This document shows, piece by piece, positions 48,171 through 58,806 of a DNA stretch of 64,000 nucleotides. The stretch spans positions 32,353-96,352 of the forward strand of contig CAZMNC010000125.1 in assembly GCA_964567535.1 (NCBI GenBank), in the 5' to 3' direction. Under the pieces are notes generated by a model. The model ran no database searches. It saw only the letters and a list, made by a program, of their open reading frames with translations, and had not been told where the DNA came from. Every line of letters starts with the position of its first letter. Positions within the stretch are counted from its first letter, which is position 1. The position numbers were made by a program, and so were the translations under genes. This DNA is from an uncultured Desulfobacterales bacterium (GTDB lineage Bacteria > Desulfobacterota > DSM-4660 > Desulfatiglandales > JALVZP01).

Positions 48171-50681
48171 ATATCTTTTCATCTTTCTGTATAAGGTTTT
48201 TGGGTCTATACCCAACATAGAAGCGGCCTTGCTTTTATGCCATTTGTTTTGGCGGAGGGTTTTTAGTATAATCCTTTTTTCAAATTCACCTACAGCCTGT
48301 TTTAAGCTGCCCGGTTGTATGGCTTCTTCATCTGAAATATCTGTCCCATACTTGTTTAAAAATTCAAAGCTTCCTACTGTAAGGTATCGTTGAATCATTC
48401 CTTGAAGCTCTCTTACATTTCCTGGCCAATCATAATTCATTAAAAGATCCATATACTTGGCTGGAAGGGTTGGAGGATGTTTACCTTTACTGTAAATCTT
48501 AAGAAAATGTTCTACAAGTAAAGGGATATCCTCTTTTCTTTCTCTAAGAGGCGGGATAAAAATTGGTATAATACTGATTCTATAATAAAAATCTTCTCTC
48601 ATTTTTCCATTTGATACCAATTGTGACAAATCATTGTTTGTTGCAGATATAAGCCTAAAATCTGATCTGTATATTTTAGTATCCCCTATGGGTGTATATT
48701 CCCCTGTTTCCAAGGCTCTTAGAAATTTAACCTGAATATTTATATCTAATTCTCCTATTTCATCCAAAAATAAAGTGCCTTTATCAGCCACATATAAGTA
48801 ACCCTTTTTATCTGCATGGGCTCCAGTAAATGCACCTTTTTTATGGCCAAAAAACTCACTTTCTGCCAACTGCTCAGGTATTGCTCCACAATTTACAGCC
48901 ACAAAGGGTTTGTCAGCCCTGGGACTTAATCTATGTATAGCTCTTGCCACAAGTTCTTTTCCTGTTCCAGATTCTCCTAAGATTACCACACTTGCATCTG
49001 AATTTGCTGCTTTTAATATTAATTCATAAATTTGCTGCATTGACTGGCTTTTTCCTATAATATCACCAAATTTATATCTATCTTTGATAGTAGATTTGAG
49101 CTTTATATTTTCTTTTCTAAAATATTCTGTTTCTTCTTGCATTCTCTTTTCCCACAATACCTGTTCAGTAACATCTCTTATAGTAGCCAATATAGCGGGT
49201 CTGGATCTCAAGGTTATAATATTCCTGTTAATAGATACCCAAATCTCTTTCCCCTTTTTGGTTATTCCCAAAAGCCAATTCATAGATTCTATATGATGAT
49301 TACTATTAGCTGTAAAATATGGATCAAATATCTTTTTACATAAAGAATGGAAATCAGGATTAAATATCCCTTCTATTTCGATACCTATAACCTTTTCTGG
49401 GTCAGAAAATTCAAACATTTCTGCAAATGCTTTATTTGTAAATAAAACTTTACCATTTTGGACCAAAACTACACCATCAGCCACAGACTCAGTAAGACTC
49501 CTATATAACTGCTCTCTTTCCCTGACATCCCTATGTGCTCTCTTTAATTCAGTAAGATCTCTCATTATGGAAAGCTTGGAAATTGTACCATCTGGATTTC
49601 TTATAGGAGTATCCAAAACATCATATATCTTTCTCCTTCTTTCAAAATGCCACTCCCTTCTAAGAGTCTTTTTCTTAAGCACTTCATAAAGATTACAACC
49701 ATCACAAACATTGCTTTTGCCAAAATACTCAAAACATTTCTTACCATTAATTGGTCCAAACTCCTGCTCCAAGGCAGGATTTATATATTCTATCTCATAA
49801 TTATCATTGACCTTATATATAAGATCTTTCATAGAACTTAATATATTCTTTATATTTCTGCTCTCAAGCCTTAAAGATTCTTCTGTTCTAAATCTTTCAG
49901 CAATTCTGCCAAGTCTTTCACTTATGGCATCTATTAAATCCTTTTCCATAAGAGAATCACTTTCCTCTTTGAAATAATAGACCTCTATACTGCCACCCCA
50001 TTCCTCATTTATTACTATATCACTGGAATATTTCCATGGAGTGATACGAAAATTTTTGGATCTAAATTCATTGTAGCCCAAGATAATTCTAACACATATT
50101 CTATCAGAGGCTTGAATTGCAGATGGAATAATATCTACAATCCCCTGAGCTATTTCCTCTAAAGTAATATTTGGTCTTTCCCTTAATGTAGCTATTTGAT
50201 AAAGACAATATAACTCTCTTTTTTTCTGAACAAGCTCATAAGTACGTTTTTTTAAAAGGCTTTTAGTATCTACTAAAATATTTTCAAGATGTTGTTTTTC
50301 TGATAATAGATATTGTAATCTAATCTCATCTCTTAAAATAGATTTAATATGCGCCAGCAATAATTTACCTGCTATAGGCCATAACCAAAATTGAGATGCT
50401 CCTGACTCCAGTATATTACTAATACTTTCAGATGATATATTTTTTTCTCCTATAACAATAACAGGAGCTTGATTATATCTTGATTTTATCAGAGATATTT
50501 CATTAAATAATATATCTTCTTTATGGTTTCCCGCATTTAAGACAACCAAAGAAGGTGAGTCATTGGAAAAGTCTTTTATAGAAGATACAAAGATAATCTC
50601 TACATTCAATGCATCTTTTAAGGAATCTAACAATACCTTTTTTTCTTCTTCTGAAAAGTTTATTCCTAATATTAAAGGCAT
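48156..50681 (-). CDS. Sigma-54-dependent transcriptional activator (bEBP) with degenerate receiver-like N-terminus and PAS sensor domains
   Basis: 841 aa. AAA+ core with GESGTGKE and the GAFTGA loop. C-terminal Fis-type HTH (AASMLGIDPKTLYRKMKRYGI). PAS-like regions sit upstream. The N-terminal 120 aa look like a receiver domain but lack the conserved Asp/Thr/Lys. Confidence 0.9.
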   Translation of the reverse strand: MPLILGINFSEEEKKVLLDSLKDALNVEIIFVSSIKDFSNDSPSLVVLNAGNHKEDILFNEISLIKSRYNQAPVIVIGEKNISSESISNILESGASQFWLWPIAGKLLLAHIKSILRDEIRLQYLLSEKQHLENILVDTKSLLKKRTYELVQKKRELYCLYQIATLRERPNITLEEIAQGIVDIIPSAIQASDRICVRIILGYNEFRSKNFRITPWKYSSDIVINEEWGGSIEVYYFKEESDSLMEKDLIDAISERLGRIAERFRTEESLRLESRNIKNILSSMKDLIYKVNDNYEIEYINPALEQEFGPINGKKCFEYFGKSNVCDGCNLYEVLKKKTLRREWHFERRRKIYDVLDTPIRNPDGTISKLSIMRDLTELKRAHRDVREREQLYRSLTESVADGVVLVQNGKVLFTNKAFAEMFEFSDPEKVIGIEIEGIFNPDFHSLCKKIFDPYFTANSNHHIESMNWLLGITKKGKEIWVSINRNIITLRSRPAILATIRDVTEQVLWEKRMQEETEYFRKENIKLKSTIKDRYKFGDIIGKSQSMQQIYELILKAANSDASVVILGESGTGKELVARAIHRLSPRADKPFVAVNCGAIPEQLAESEFFGHKKGAFTGAHADKKGYLYVADKGTLFLDEIGELDINIQVKFLRALETGEYTPIGDTKIYRSDFRLISATNNDLSQLVSNGKMREDFYYRISIIPIFIPPLRERKEDIPLLVEHFLKIYSKGKHPPTLPAKYMDLLMNYDWPGNVRELQGMIQRYLTVGSFEFLNKYGTDISDEEAIQPGSLKQAVGEFEKRIILKTLRQNKWHKSKAASMLGIDPKTLYRKMKRYGIYA

Positions 50682-50733
50682 ATTTCATCCCCCCATAAAA
50701 CCTATTTATTATTTTACAGGAGGTAAAATATAA

Positions 50734-51501
50734 TTGGAAGTAATTATATTGGGCTCAGGAACCTTTATTCCTATACCTGAAAGATCGTCTCCTTGCATAT
50801 TAATAAAAACCCAGAGGAGTATTATATTATTAGATATAGGTCCAGGATCAGTGCGCCAAATTGCAAAAACAGGGCTATCATGTGCAATGATCAATTACGT
50901 ATTTCTTTCACATTTTCATCCTGACCACACAGCAGATATTATTCACCTGTTTTTTACTATCAAAAATATAGACGAAATATTTAAACGGCCATTAATAATA
51001 TCTGGCCCTATAGGAACTAAAAGATTTATAAACGACCTTCAGCAAGCTTATTTAGGACATATAGATTTATCACCCAATATGTTAAAAATAGATGAACTTG
51101 GAAAAAAGAGTAGAAGGGAATATACAGATTTTAGTCTTATATCTCAACCTATGAAACACTCCAAAGAAAGCATAGGATTTCGCATAGAAGATAACTTAGG
51201 AAAAAGTTTGGTTTATTCTGGAGATACTGGAATATGTGATGAAATAATAGATCTGGCAAAAATGGCTGACATATTGATACTGGAATGTTCATTACCTGAA
51301 GAATATATAAATGCTCATAACATAGAAACCCATCTTAGTCCCTCAGATGCTGGAAAAATCGCATCTAAAGCAAAGGTAAAACTATTAGTATTGACTCATA
51401 TTTATCCTGAATGTCTAAAAATAGATATTATCAACAGATGCAAAAAGTATTATAAAGGAAATATAATTATAGCTAAGGATTTACTAAAATTAAATATTTA
51501 A
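50734..51501 (+). CDS. MBL-fold metallo-hydrolase (RNase Z-like)
   Basis: 255 aa with a TTG start. HFHPDH (HxHxDH) motif. Confidence 0.8.
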   Translation: MEVIILGSGTFIPIPERSSPCILIKTQRSIILLDIGPGSVRQIAKTGLSCAMINYVFLSHFHPDHTADIIHLFFTIKNIDEIFKRPLIISGPIGTKRFINDLQQAYLGHIDLSPNMLKIDELGKKSRREYTDFSLISQPMKHSKESIGFRIEDNLGKSLVYSGDTGICDEIIDLAKMADILILECSLPEEYINAHNIETHLSPSDAGKIASKAKVKLLVLTHIYPECLKIDIINRCKKYYKGNIIIAKDLLKLNI

Positions 51502-52466
51502 TGATCTCTATCTATTATATAATTACTTAAGTGCAAAAGAGTTTTTTTTGCAGGAGAATCTTTAAAATATTGAAGGGCATTCTGGGCCTTTTTTGTAAAA
51601 AAGAAGGCATCTTTTTTGGTATTAAATATACCCTGACTTTTTATAACCATTTCTATAATATCACTATATTCTGAATCAAAAATTTCTCTTTGTTGTAATA
51701 TCTGCTTTACTTTCATTCTATCATGAGTTTTCATTTCTTCAAGGGCATATATAAGAGGAAGCGTGATTTTCCCTTCTTTTAGGTCCTTTCCTACAGGTTT
51801 TCCAAATACATCTTCTGAAGAAGTATAATCGAGTATGTCATCAATTAACTGAAATGCCATGCCCAAATAGAGACCAAATTCAGACAAAGCCTTTTCTACC
51901 TTTTCTCCTTTATTAGCGATAATAGCTGCACAACCACATGCAGCAGATAAAAGAGCCGCTGTCTTTTTTTTGATTATATTCATATATTCTTCTTTTGTAA
52001 TATTAGGATTATTGGTGCAAGCTATTTCCATTAACTGACCTTCTACCATATCAGTAGTGGCAGAGATGACTTTTTTTAGAAATCTAAAATTTCCTTCATT
52101 TATTGCTGTTACTAATGAACGCGAATACAAATAATCTCCCTCTAATATAGCCACATGATCACCCCATTTATTATTTACAGAAGGTTTATTACGTCTTGTT
52201 TCTGCATTATCCAAAACATCGTCATGCAACAATGATGCTACATGTATGTACTCAAAAACAGTAGATAATGAATAAACGTGATCCTTTTCATAATCTAAAA
52301 GTTTACAGGAAAGGATAAAAAGCAAAGGTCTAAGCAATTTGCCATTTCCTAAAAGTATATGGGCACCGATCTCTTTAATAAAAGGGATAGGAGAACCCAT
52401 ATTATTTATGAGTTCTTGGGTAATCTTTTTTATATAATTTTTTTCCCCTACTATATGGGGACTCAT
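51498..52466 (-). CDS. Long-chain polyprenyl diphosphate synthase (IspB-like)
   Basis: 322 aa. First and second Asp-rich motifs (LLHDDVLD and LIDDILD). Confidence 0.9.
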   Translation of the reverse strand: MSPHIVGEKNYIKKITQELINNMGSPIPFIKEIGAHILLGNGKLLRPLLFILSCKLLDYEKDHVYSLSTVFEYIHVASLLHDDVLDNAETRRNKPSVNNKWGDHVAILEGDYLYSRSLVTAINEGNFRFLKKVISATTDMVEGQLMEIACTNNPNITKEEYMNIIKKKTAALLSAACGCAAIIANKGEKVEKALSEFGLYLGMAFQLIDDILDYTSSEDVFGKPVGKDLKEGKITLPLIYALEEMKTHDRMKVKQILQQREIFDSEYSDIIEMVIKSQGIFNTKKDAFFFTKKAQNALQYFKDSPAKKTLLHLSNYIIDRDH

Positions 52467-53785
52467 AGTATCTCTCCTACAAGATGATAAGCATATGCTT
52501 CTGTTATATAGACAGGCATAATTTTACCTATAATACCATATCCTTTATTTATTATCACTTGCCCATCTATATCTGGGGCCATAGCAAAACTCCTACCCAC
52601 AAGTAAAAGATCTGTTTCTGGGTGTTTTCCTTCTATAAGAACCGGGATAATGTTACCTACTATCTTTTTGTTTTTTTTCTCAGAAATATCTCCTTGAAGG
52701 CATAAAAGAAAATCTCTCCTTTCCTCTGCAAGCTTTTTTTCTACTTGATTTTTAAATCTTGCAGCAGGCGTTCCTTTTTCAGGACTAAAAACAAATACAC
52801 CTAAATAATCAAATTCTATTTCTTTTATAAAATCACATAATTCTTGAAAAATATTATCTGTTTCTCCGGGAAAGCCTACTATAACGGTAGTTCTTAGATA
52901 TATCTTCCTGTGAAGTTTTTTTATTCTGTTTATCATCCTTATCAAATAATCTTTGCTATAACCCCGATTCATAAGCCCTAATATCTTATCATTTGCATGT
53001 TGAATAGGAATATCCATATAAGGACAAATTCTTTCCTCGGTCTCTATAAGCCTTAAAAGACGTTCAGATACACCATTAGGATGAAGATAAAGTAGCCTTA
53101 TCCAGTCCAGCCCCTTTATTTCCAGAAGCATTTCTATTATATCTGGCAAACTAATATCTCGTTGCAAATCATTTCCATAAGCAGTTATATCTTGAGCAAT
53201 GATGTTCAGCTCCTTCACACCACATTCTACAAGCTGTCTTGCTTCCTCAACTAATAAATCAGAAGAAACACTTCTAACAGGGCCTCTTAACTTGGGAATG
53301 AGGCAATAAGAACATCTATGGGAACATCCATCAGATATTTTTAAATATGCACTATAAAAAGGAGCACTTTTCAGCCTTGGTATAGAATAAGTCTGCACAT
53401 ATGTAGGAGTTGATATAAAACAACCCTTTTTATTGACTTTAAATATATCACCTATTAAATAAAATTGTGCAGTTCCTATCCATATATCTACTTCTGGTAT
53501 TTCTCTCATAAGCTTATAACCATATCTTTGAACTAAACAACCAACTACTACCAATTTTTTTAATGATCCTGATGCCTTAAGACGAGCTACATCTAATATA
53601 GTTTCCACAGACTCCTTTACAGATTCATGAATAAAACCACATGTGTTTATAATTACTGTGTCAGCATGTCCTGGATCTTCAACAACTTCTAATTTATCAA
53701 ACATAGAATTAAGGATACCCAACATGTATTCACTGTCCACCAGATTTTTGGGACAGCCAAGGCTAATCATACAAATCTTTTGCAC
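52463..53785 (-). CDS. rimO: Ribosomal protein S12 methylthiotransferase RimO
   Basis: 440 aa. MTTase N-domain (SLGCPKN), radical SAM CSHRCSYC, and a C-terminal TRAM domain. Confidence 0.88.
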   Translation of the reverse strand: MQKICMISLGCPKNLVDSEYMLGILNSMFDKLEVVEDPGHADTVIINTCGFIHESVKESVETILDVARLKASGSLKKLVVVGCLVQRYGYKLMREIPEVDIWIGTAQFYLIGDIFKVNKKGCFISTPTYVQTYSIPRLKSAPFYSAYLKISDGCSHRCSYCLIPKLRGPVRSVSSDLLVEEARQLVECGVKELNIIAQDITAYGNDLQRDISLPDIIEMLLEIKGLDWIRLLYLHPNGVSERLLRLIETEERICPYMDIPIQHANDKILGLMNRGYSKDYLIRMINRIKKLHRKIYLRTTVIVGFPGETDNIFQELCDFIKEIEFDYLGVFVFSPEKGTPAARFKNQVEKKLAEERRDFLLCLQGDISEKKNKKIVGNIIPVLIEGKHPETDLLLVGRSFAMAPDIDGQVIINKGYGIIGKIMPVYITEAYAYHLVGEIL

Positions 53786-55783
53786 CTATTTTTTTAAGGC
53801 CTCCTGAATCTTCTTGATCAGGACAGCAGAGCGGATGGGCTTTTGTAAATATTTTAAGCCAGCAGTAGAAATACCTTTTTCAGCAATAACATAATCTGGA
53901 TAACCACTCATAAATATTGCCTTTATATCAGGTTTCAGCCTTTTCATAGCATCAAAGGCAGATTTTCCATGTTTATATGGCATAACGATATCCATTAAGA
54001 TTAAATCGACTTTATCCAAATTTTCTTCAAATTTCTTTATTGCATCATCTCCATTAACTGCCAATATTACATTATAACCAAACTCTGTCAAAAGTTCTCT
54101 TAGATAATCTCTTACATATATATCATCATCAGCCACAAGTATGGTTCCAGAACCATGGGGTATGTCTTTAAGAGAACCTTCATCTTCCTGCGAAACTGCC
54201 TCTTCATCAACAACAGGAAGATATATTTTAAATGTGGTTCCTTCCCCAGGAGAACTTATTACATCTATAAAACCCCCGTGCTCTTTTATAATAGAATAAG
54301 AATTATAAAGACCAAGACCAGTGCCTTTTCCTACCTCTTTTGTGGTAAAAAAAGGATCAAATATCTTCTTCTTTGTTTCTTCATCCATCCCCATACCTGT
54401 ATCTTCAACAGAAATAACAGCATATTTACCAGGATTTGTATGAGCCCCATGTTTCTTTGCCTTCTCTTCAGAAACTTCTACCACATAGGTCCTAATATTT
54501 AAAACCCCACCCAATGGCATAGCATCCTGTGCATTTGCCACCATATTCATCATAACCTGATACAACTGAGCAGCATTTACATAAACTACTGGATCCTCAT
54601 TGGAAAGACTTAGATTTACCTGTATATCATCAGTTACAATATCAGCCAAAAGCTTTTTCACCATTACAATTTGATCATTTAACTTTATAGGCTGTTTCTT
54701 TATTTGTTTATCCTTGGTATATGTCAAAAGCCTATCTATCATCTCCCGAGCCCTCACACACGACATAACAATACGATTTGCTGTATCCATATCTATCTTA
54801 TCACCTACCTCAAGGCGATATTTGATCATATCAGCGCCACCCATGATAGAAGACAACATGTTATTAAAATCATGAGCAATGCCTCCTGCCAAACTTCCCA
54901 TTGCTTCTAATTTTTGGGCGTTAAGCAATTGTTGCTCTAATCTCTTTTTTTCTTCCTCTCTCTTTCTCAACATCCTTACCATTTCATTAAAAGCAGTGGC
55001 CAATCTAAAAGCTTCTTCATGATCAACCTCTACAGGAATTTCATAAAATTCCTTTGTACTTCCAAAACGACGCACCATTTGAGCCACCCTATCAATAGGA
55101 CCAATTATCTTCATACAAGATCTTCTTACCCAATAATAAGTAATCGCAAGAATCAGAAAAAGTATTGTAAGAGATATAAATATGCAATTCTTCTGTTTTC
55201 TTATAATATTTGATTTATCCAATATCAGTTCTGTCCATCCTATCAACTTTTTTTCCTTAGGTATAATGCCCAATATCATTTCCTCTTCATTTTTAAATTC
55301 CCTTATCACATAAACAGGAGCCCATATATCAACATATTTATTATACTCAAATATAAAAGGAGGCTTTTCTTTATTATTCATTTTATCCTTTATCTTAAAA
55401 ATACTGGTTAATCTTGGCAGACTCTTTTGCCCTTTATTTTTTGCTATATTAATAAGCACGGCATCTTTATCAAATATAGATATACCCACAACATTGGGTT
55501 GATACAAAAAGCCCATAGCTTCACCCATGAGAAGCTCTTTATTACCAGCCATAACCCCAAATCTGGAGTTTATTGCCAGAGCACTCACAAGAGATTTACC
55601 TTCATTTATAAGAGAATTTTTAACAGAAAGAATCTGTTGCACAGAAAAAAAGACAAAAATTGAGATAAATATAATCAAAAACGTAGTAGAAAAAGCTGTC
55701 ATTATACGCAAAAAAAGCCCCTTCTTTTTTGAATATGAAAAAGAGGAAGCAAAAAACCTAAAAAAAGACTTTAACTTATTCAT
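53786..55783 (-). CDS. Hybrid sensor histidine kinase / response regulator
   Basis: 665 aa. Two TM helices flank a periplasmic segment. HAMP-like linker, H-box GIAHDFNN, and HATPase G-boxes (GMGMDEET, GTGLGL). C-terminal receiver (ILVADDD...LILMDIVMP). Confidence 0.85.
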   Translation of the reverse strand: MNKLKSFFRFFASSFSYSKKKGLFLRIMTAFSTTFLIIFISIFVFFSVQQILSVKNSLINEGKSLVSALAINSRFGVMAGNKELLMGEAMGFLYQPNVVGISIFDKDAVLINIAKNKGQKSLPRLTSIFKIKDKMNNKEKPPFIFEYNKYVDIWAPVYVIREFKNEEEMILGIIPKEKKLIGWTELILDKSNIIRKQKNCIFISLTILFLILAITYYWVRRSCMKIIGPIDRVAQMVRRFGSTKEFYEIPVEVDHEEAFRLATAFNEMVRMLRKREEEKKRLEQQLLNAQKLEAMGSLAGGIAHDFNNMLSSIMGGADMIKYRLEVGDKIDMDTANRIVMSCVRAREMIDRLLTYTKDKQIKKQPIKLNDQIVMVKKLLADIVTDDIQVNLSLSNEDPVVYVNAAQLYQVMMNMVANAQDAMPLGGVLNIRTYVVEVSEEKAKKHGAHTNPGKYAVISVEDTGMGMDEETKKKIFDPFFTTKEVGKGTGLGLYNSYSIIKEHGGFIDVISSPGEGTTFKIYLPVVDEEAVSQEDEGSLKDIPHGSGTILVADDDIYVRDYLRELLTEFGYNVILAVNGDDAIKKFEENLDKVDLILMDIVMPYKHGKSAFDAMKRLKPDIKAIFMSGYPDYVIAEKGISTAGLKYLQKPIRSAVLIKKIQEALKK

Positions 55784-56684
55784 TGACCACCATCCTTATA
55801 CTACTGGTTGACTCAAGCTTTAAACCCAAATCCTTTGCCACATGTGGATTTATCATGATCAATTTACTATTAGGTTTGAGTTTAACCGGCAACTTAACTT
55901 CTTTTTTGAGGATCTTCTTCGCTAACTCCCCTGCCTGAATTCCCATCTTATAAGGATCTGGGTATATAGCCATAAAAGCCCCCATTTTTAAATACTTTTC
56001 GGAAAAGGTTACAATAGGAATCGATTTTTTTAAAAAGAAAAAATTCATAAAACGCAATGTCTCAGGACTAATAACTGTAATATCAGGTGCCATAATATAC
56101 ACATCTATTTTATCAGATATCCAGTCTATGGCCTTAATAGCCTGCTTTAAAGTAACCACCTTTTTTCCAACTATACATAAATGAGCATTTTTGCCTGCAG
56201 CTAAAAGCTCTTTAAATAGATTACGCGAATGCCGAGGATCATATATCATGCCGACACATTTTACCTTTGGTATAAATTTTTTTATATAATAGAGATTGGT
56301 TTTAGCGGAAACAACCATATTTATACCAGCAAAATTCTTTTTTCCTTGGATTAATATATCTGGATTTAATACCATCAGATAAATTACAGGAATATCTCTT
56401 ATTGAAGCAAGCTCAGATAAAGCCCATTCTCCTATTGCAAATAGGATTTGTGGCCTTTTCTTTTCTACGTACTTTTTTATATCTTTTTTATATTCATAAA
56501 GGATTATTCTTTGCGTATTGGAATCAAATGAATCCTTTATTCCTTTAAAGACCTTATTATAGGGAGGGATACCAACACCTTGGACAACTATAGCTAAGGG
56601 AAAAGCAAAGTTATATCCCCCACTTAACAAGAATATTATAAATATAAAACAAATACTGTTGCCAATTAGCCTTAAATGTTGCAT
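55776..56684 (-). CDS. Periplasmic ABC-type substrate-binding-like protein (ABC_sub_bind family), coupled to the histidine kinase
   Basis: 302 aa with a signal/anchor helix. Overall resemblance to the PF04392-type binding proteins often found with sensor kinases. Overlaps the kinase gene by 8 nt. Confidence 0.6.
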   Translation of the reverse strand: MQHLRLIGNSICFIFIIFLLSGGYNFAFPLAIVVQGVGIPPYNKVFKGIKDSFDSNTQRIILYEYKKDIKKYVEKKRPQILFAIGEWALSELASIRDIPVIYLMVLNPDILIQGKKNFAGINMVVSAKTNLYYIKKFIPKVKCVGMIYDPRHSRNLFKELLAAGKNAHLCIVGKKVVTLKQAIKAIDWISDKIDVYIMAPDITVISPETLRFMNFFFLKKSIPIVTFSEKYLKMGAFMAIYPDPYKMGIQAGELAKKILKKEVKLPVKLKPNSKLIMINPHVAKDLGLKLESTSSIRMVVNE

Positions 56685-56759
56685 TTTTGGATTGACAAAT
56701 ATTTTGTATATAGTTAACGTTATTCATAAAAAAAAATCAATTAAAAAATAAAGCAAGGG

Positions 56760-58703
56760 GTGACCTTGATAAAAATAATTGGTATTTGGATTTCTTTTAT
56801 GCTTGTTATGCCTTGTTATATGTCATATGCAAGCAGCATGTATCTTGGCTCCAATACCAATAAGGCAAAGATGTTACAAAAAGAGATGCAGATACTTCGT
56901 TTGTTTTATACAGACAAAGAGTTGGTAATAACCAGCACAAGACAGCCAAAACTTATATCAAAAGTAGCAAAAAACATGAGTATTATTACAAAAAAAGATA
57001 TAGAAATAATGAATGCCCATAATGTGGCAGATATATTACACAGGATAGCAGGGATTTTTCTTGATATTTATAGCCAAGATATGGGATCACCTGCCTTTAT
57101 TCAGATATATGGATCAGAACAAAGGCAGGTATTGGTAATGATAGATGGTATGCCCATAAACTTCCATTCTGAGGGTTATGCAGAGCTTAACTCTATTCCA
57201 GTAGATATAATAAAAAGGATAGAAATCATAAAAGGTCCTGCTTCTTCTTCATGGGGTTCATCTATTGGTGGCGTAATAAACATAATAACAAAAGATGTAA
57301 AGAATTCTAAAAAACCCACAGGTTATATAAGATTCTCTTATGGAGAAAGATATACCTATGACACAGGCGCACAGGTATCAGGAAGATATAAAAATATAGG
57401 CTATTATATGTTCACAGGAAGACAAGGAACAGATGGTCTTAGGAATAAAAGGGATTATAAAAGGAACAACATATATTCAAAATTTGATGTTGATCTCTCA
57501 GATAATATAGATTTTAAGCTCTCTCTGGGATATAGCGACCCTGAAAATGATCTTGGCAAATATTTTCATTTAGCTCCAGGTTTGCATTCTTATTCCAAGA
57601 ACCATTTTTATTTTCTTAAATCAGATCTCAAGGCGCATATAAGTAATGGGACAGACCTGAACTTTATGTTTTACCATATAAAACAAAGGGTTAATCTGGA
57701 CAACAAACATATATTCACTAATATTCCCTACTTTAGTCAAAGTTTTGATGAGGAAACATATGGAGGAAGAATAAGGCTTGGGATAAAAAGGGGGAGGCAC
57801 AATGGTTCTATTGGAATAGATATTGAGAGGGATGATATGGATCTTACTATAGATGCAGGACCTGCGCTTCAGGCATTAGGAGTACCTGCAACAGCATTGT
57901 TTAGCCCCCATAGAGAAAAATGGGCATTTTATATAAATGATACCATTGATATAGGACATCTGAGTATTATACCAGAGCTTAGATACGATCATGACAGCAC
58001 CACAGGCTCTTTTGTAAGCCCAAGCCTTGGACTTGCATATAGGCTGGGGCAGCACACCATACTTAGGGCACAAATAGCAAGGGGATTTACACCTCCGCCT
58101 CTTTCCTGGATGTATGGGGGAGGGATATTTTTGATGCCAAATAAGGGTCTGGATCGAGAAAGGATAATGCTTTATCAAATAGGCGCAGAAACCAGTATAT
58201 TAAAGTATTTATGGATAAAAGGCACTATTTTTAGGCATGAAATAGATGATTATATAAAAAGGCTAAGAGTTCCTCCTACAATAATGGGCAGGTATCAAAA
58301 TTCTGGGGATCTAAAGAAAAATGGTATAGAGCTTTTGGCAAAATCTATCCCATTTTATGGATTTAGGCTGTTTGGCTCTTATACATTTGTTCATTTTAAT
58401 CCGCCTAAAGAAACAGGCATTTCAGCCCTTAGAAAATATACATGTGGGGTAAGGTATGAAGACCATGGTATAATGGCAGAACTTTTTGGAAACTATATAT
58501 GGTGGAATCTGGATTCCACATATGGTGCCAGTTATGACAATATGATATGGGATCTAAATGTAAAAAAGGCATTTGACTTTAATAAAAACAAGGCATACTT
58601 ATATGTGGGTATCCATAATTTGTTTAATGGAGCTCAATATAGCTTTTTTGACAGGAAAAACCCCAAAAGGTGGGTAGAGGTGGGTTTCAGGGTAGATTTT
58701 TAA
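56760..58703 (+). CDS. TonB-dependent outer-membrane receptor
   Basis: 647 aa with a GTG start. Signal peptide, plug domain (ITKKDIEIMNAHNVADILHRIAG, IEIIKGPASSSWGS), a beta-barrel, and a terminal aromatic residue (RVDF). Confidence 0.85.
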   Translation: MTLIKIIGIWISFMLVMPCYMSYASSMYLGSNTNKAKMLQKEMQILRLFYTDKELVITSTRQPKLISKVAKNMSIITKKDIEIMNAHNVADILHRIAGIFLDIYSQDMGSPAFIQIYGSEQRQVLVMIDGMPINFHSEGYAELNSIPVDIIKRIEIIKGPASSSWGSSIGGVINIITKDVKNSKKPTGYIRFSYGERYTYDTGAQVSGRYKNIGYYMFTGRQGTDGLRNKRDYKRNNIYSKFDVDLSDNIDFKLSLGYSDPENDLGKYFHLAPGLHSYSKNHFYFLKSDLKAHISNGTDLNFMFYHIKQRVNLDNKHIFTNIPYFSQSFDEETYGGRIRLGIKRGRHNGSIGIDIERDDMDLTIDAGPALQALGVPATALFSPHREKWAFYINDTIDIGHLSIIPELRYDHDSTTGSFVSPSLGLAYRLGQHTILRAQIARGFTPPPLSWMYGGGIFLMPNKGLDRERIMLYQIGAETSILKYLWIKGTIFRHEIDDYIKRLRVPPTIMGRYQNSGDLKKNGIELLAKSIPFYGFRLFGSYTFVHFNPPKETGISALRKYTCGVRYEDHGIMAELFGNYIWWNLDSTYGASYDNMIWDLNVKKAFDFNKNKAYLYVGIHNLFNGAQYSFFDRKNPKRWVEVGFRVDF

Positions 58704-58716
58704 AAGGTCTTATGTT

Positions 58717-58806
58717 ATGAAAAAAAGAATCATAGTTGTGGAAAAGGGGAAAAAGCCAGGTCCTTCTAATGTATGTTGTGGAGCTCTTCTGGTACCTATA
58801 TTCTAA
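58717..58806 (+). CDS. Unannotated 29-aa ORF: candidate RiPP precursor peptide MKKRIIVVEKGKKPGPSNVCCGALLVPIF
   Basis: ATG at 58717 and TAA at 58804, read directly from the sequence. It is too short for the ORF track. It lies 13 nt after the receptor stop, has AAAGG upstream, and abuts or overlaps the radical SAM/SPASM gene. Confidence 0.45.
   Translation: MKKRIIVVEKGKKPGPSNVCCGALLVPIF

Noticed and set aside
56685-56759. Possible cobalamin or other riboswitch, or a clear sigma-70 promoter, upstream of the TonB-dependent receptor
   Set aside because: The intergenic region is only 75 nt, too short for a cobalamin riboswitch. A TTGACA is present at 56692-56697, but no acceptable -10 hexamer lies at 16-18 nt spacing (TATAGT is only 11 nt away).
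58713-58721. Alternative ATG at 58712-58714 for the small ORF
   Set aside because: That ATG is followed by TTA TGA, an immediate stop. Only the ATG at 58717 opens the 29-codon frame.
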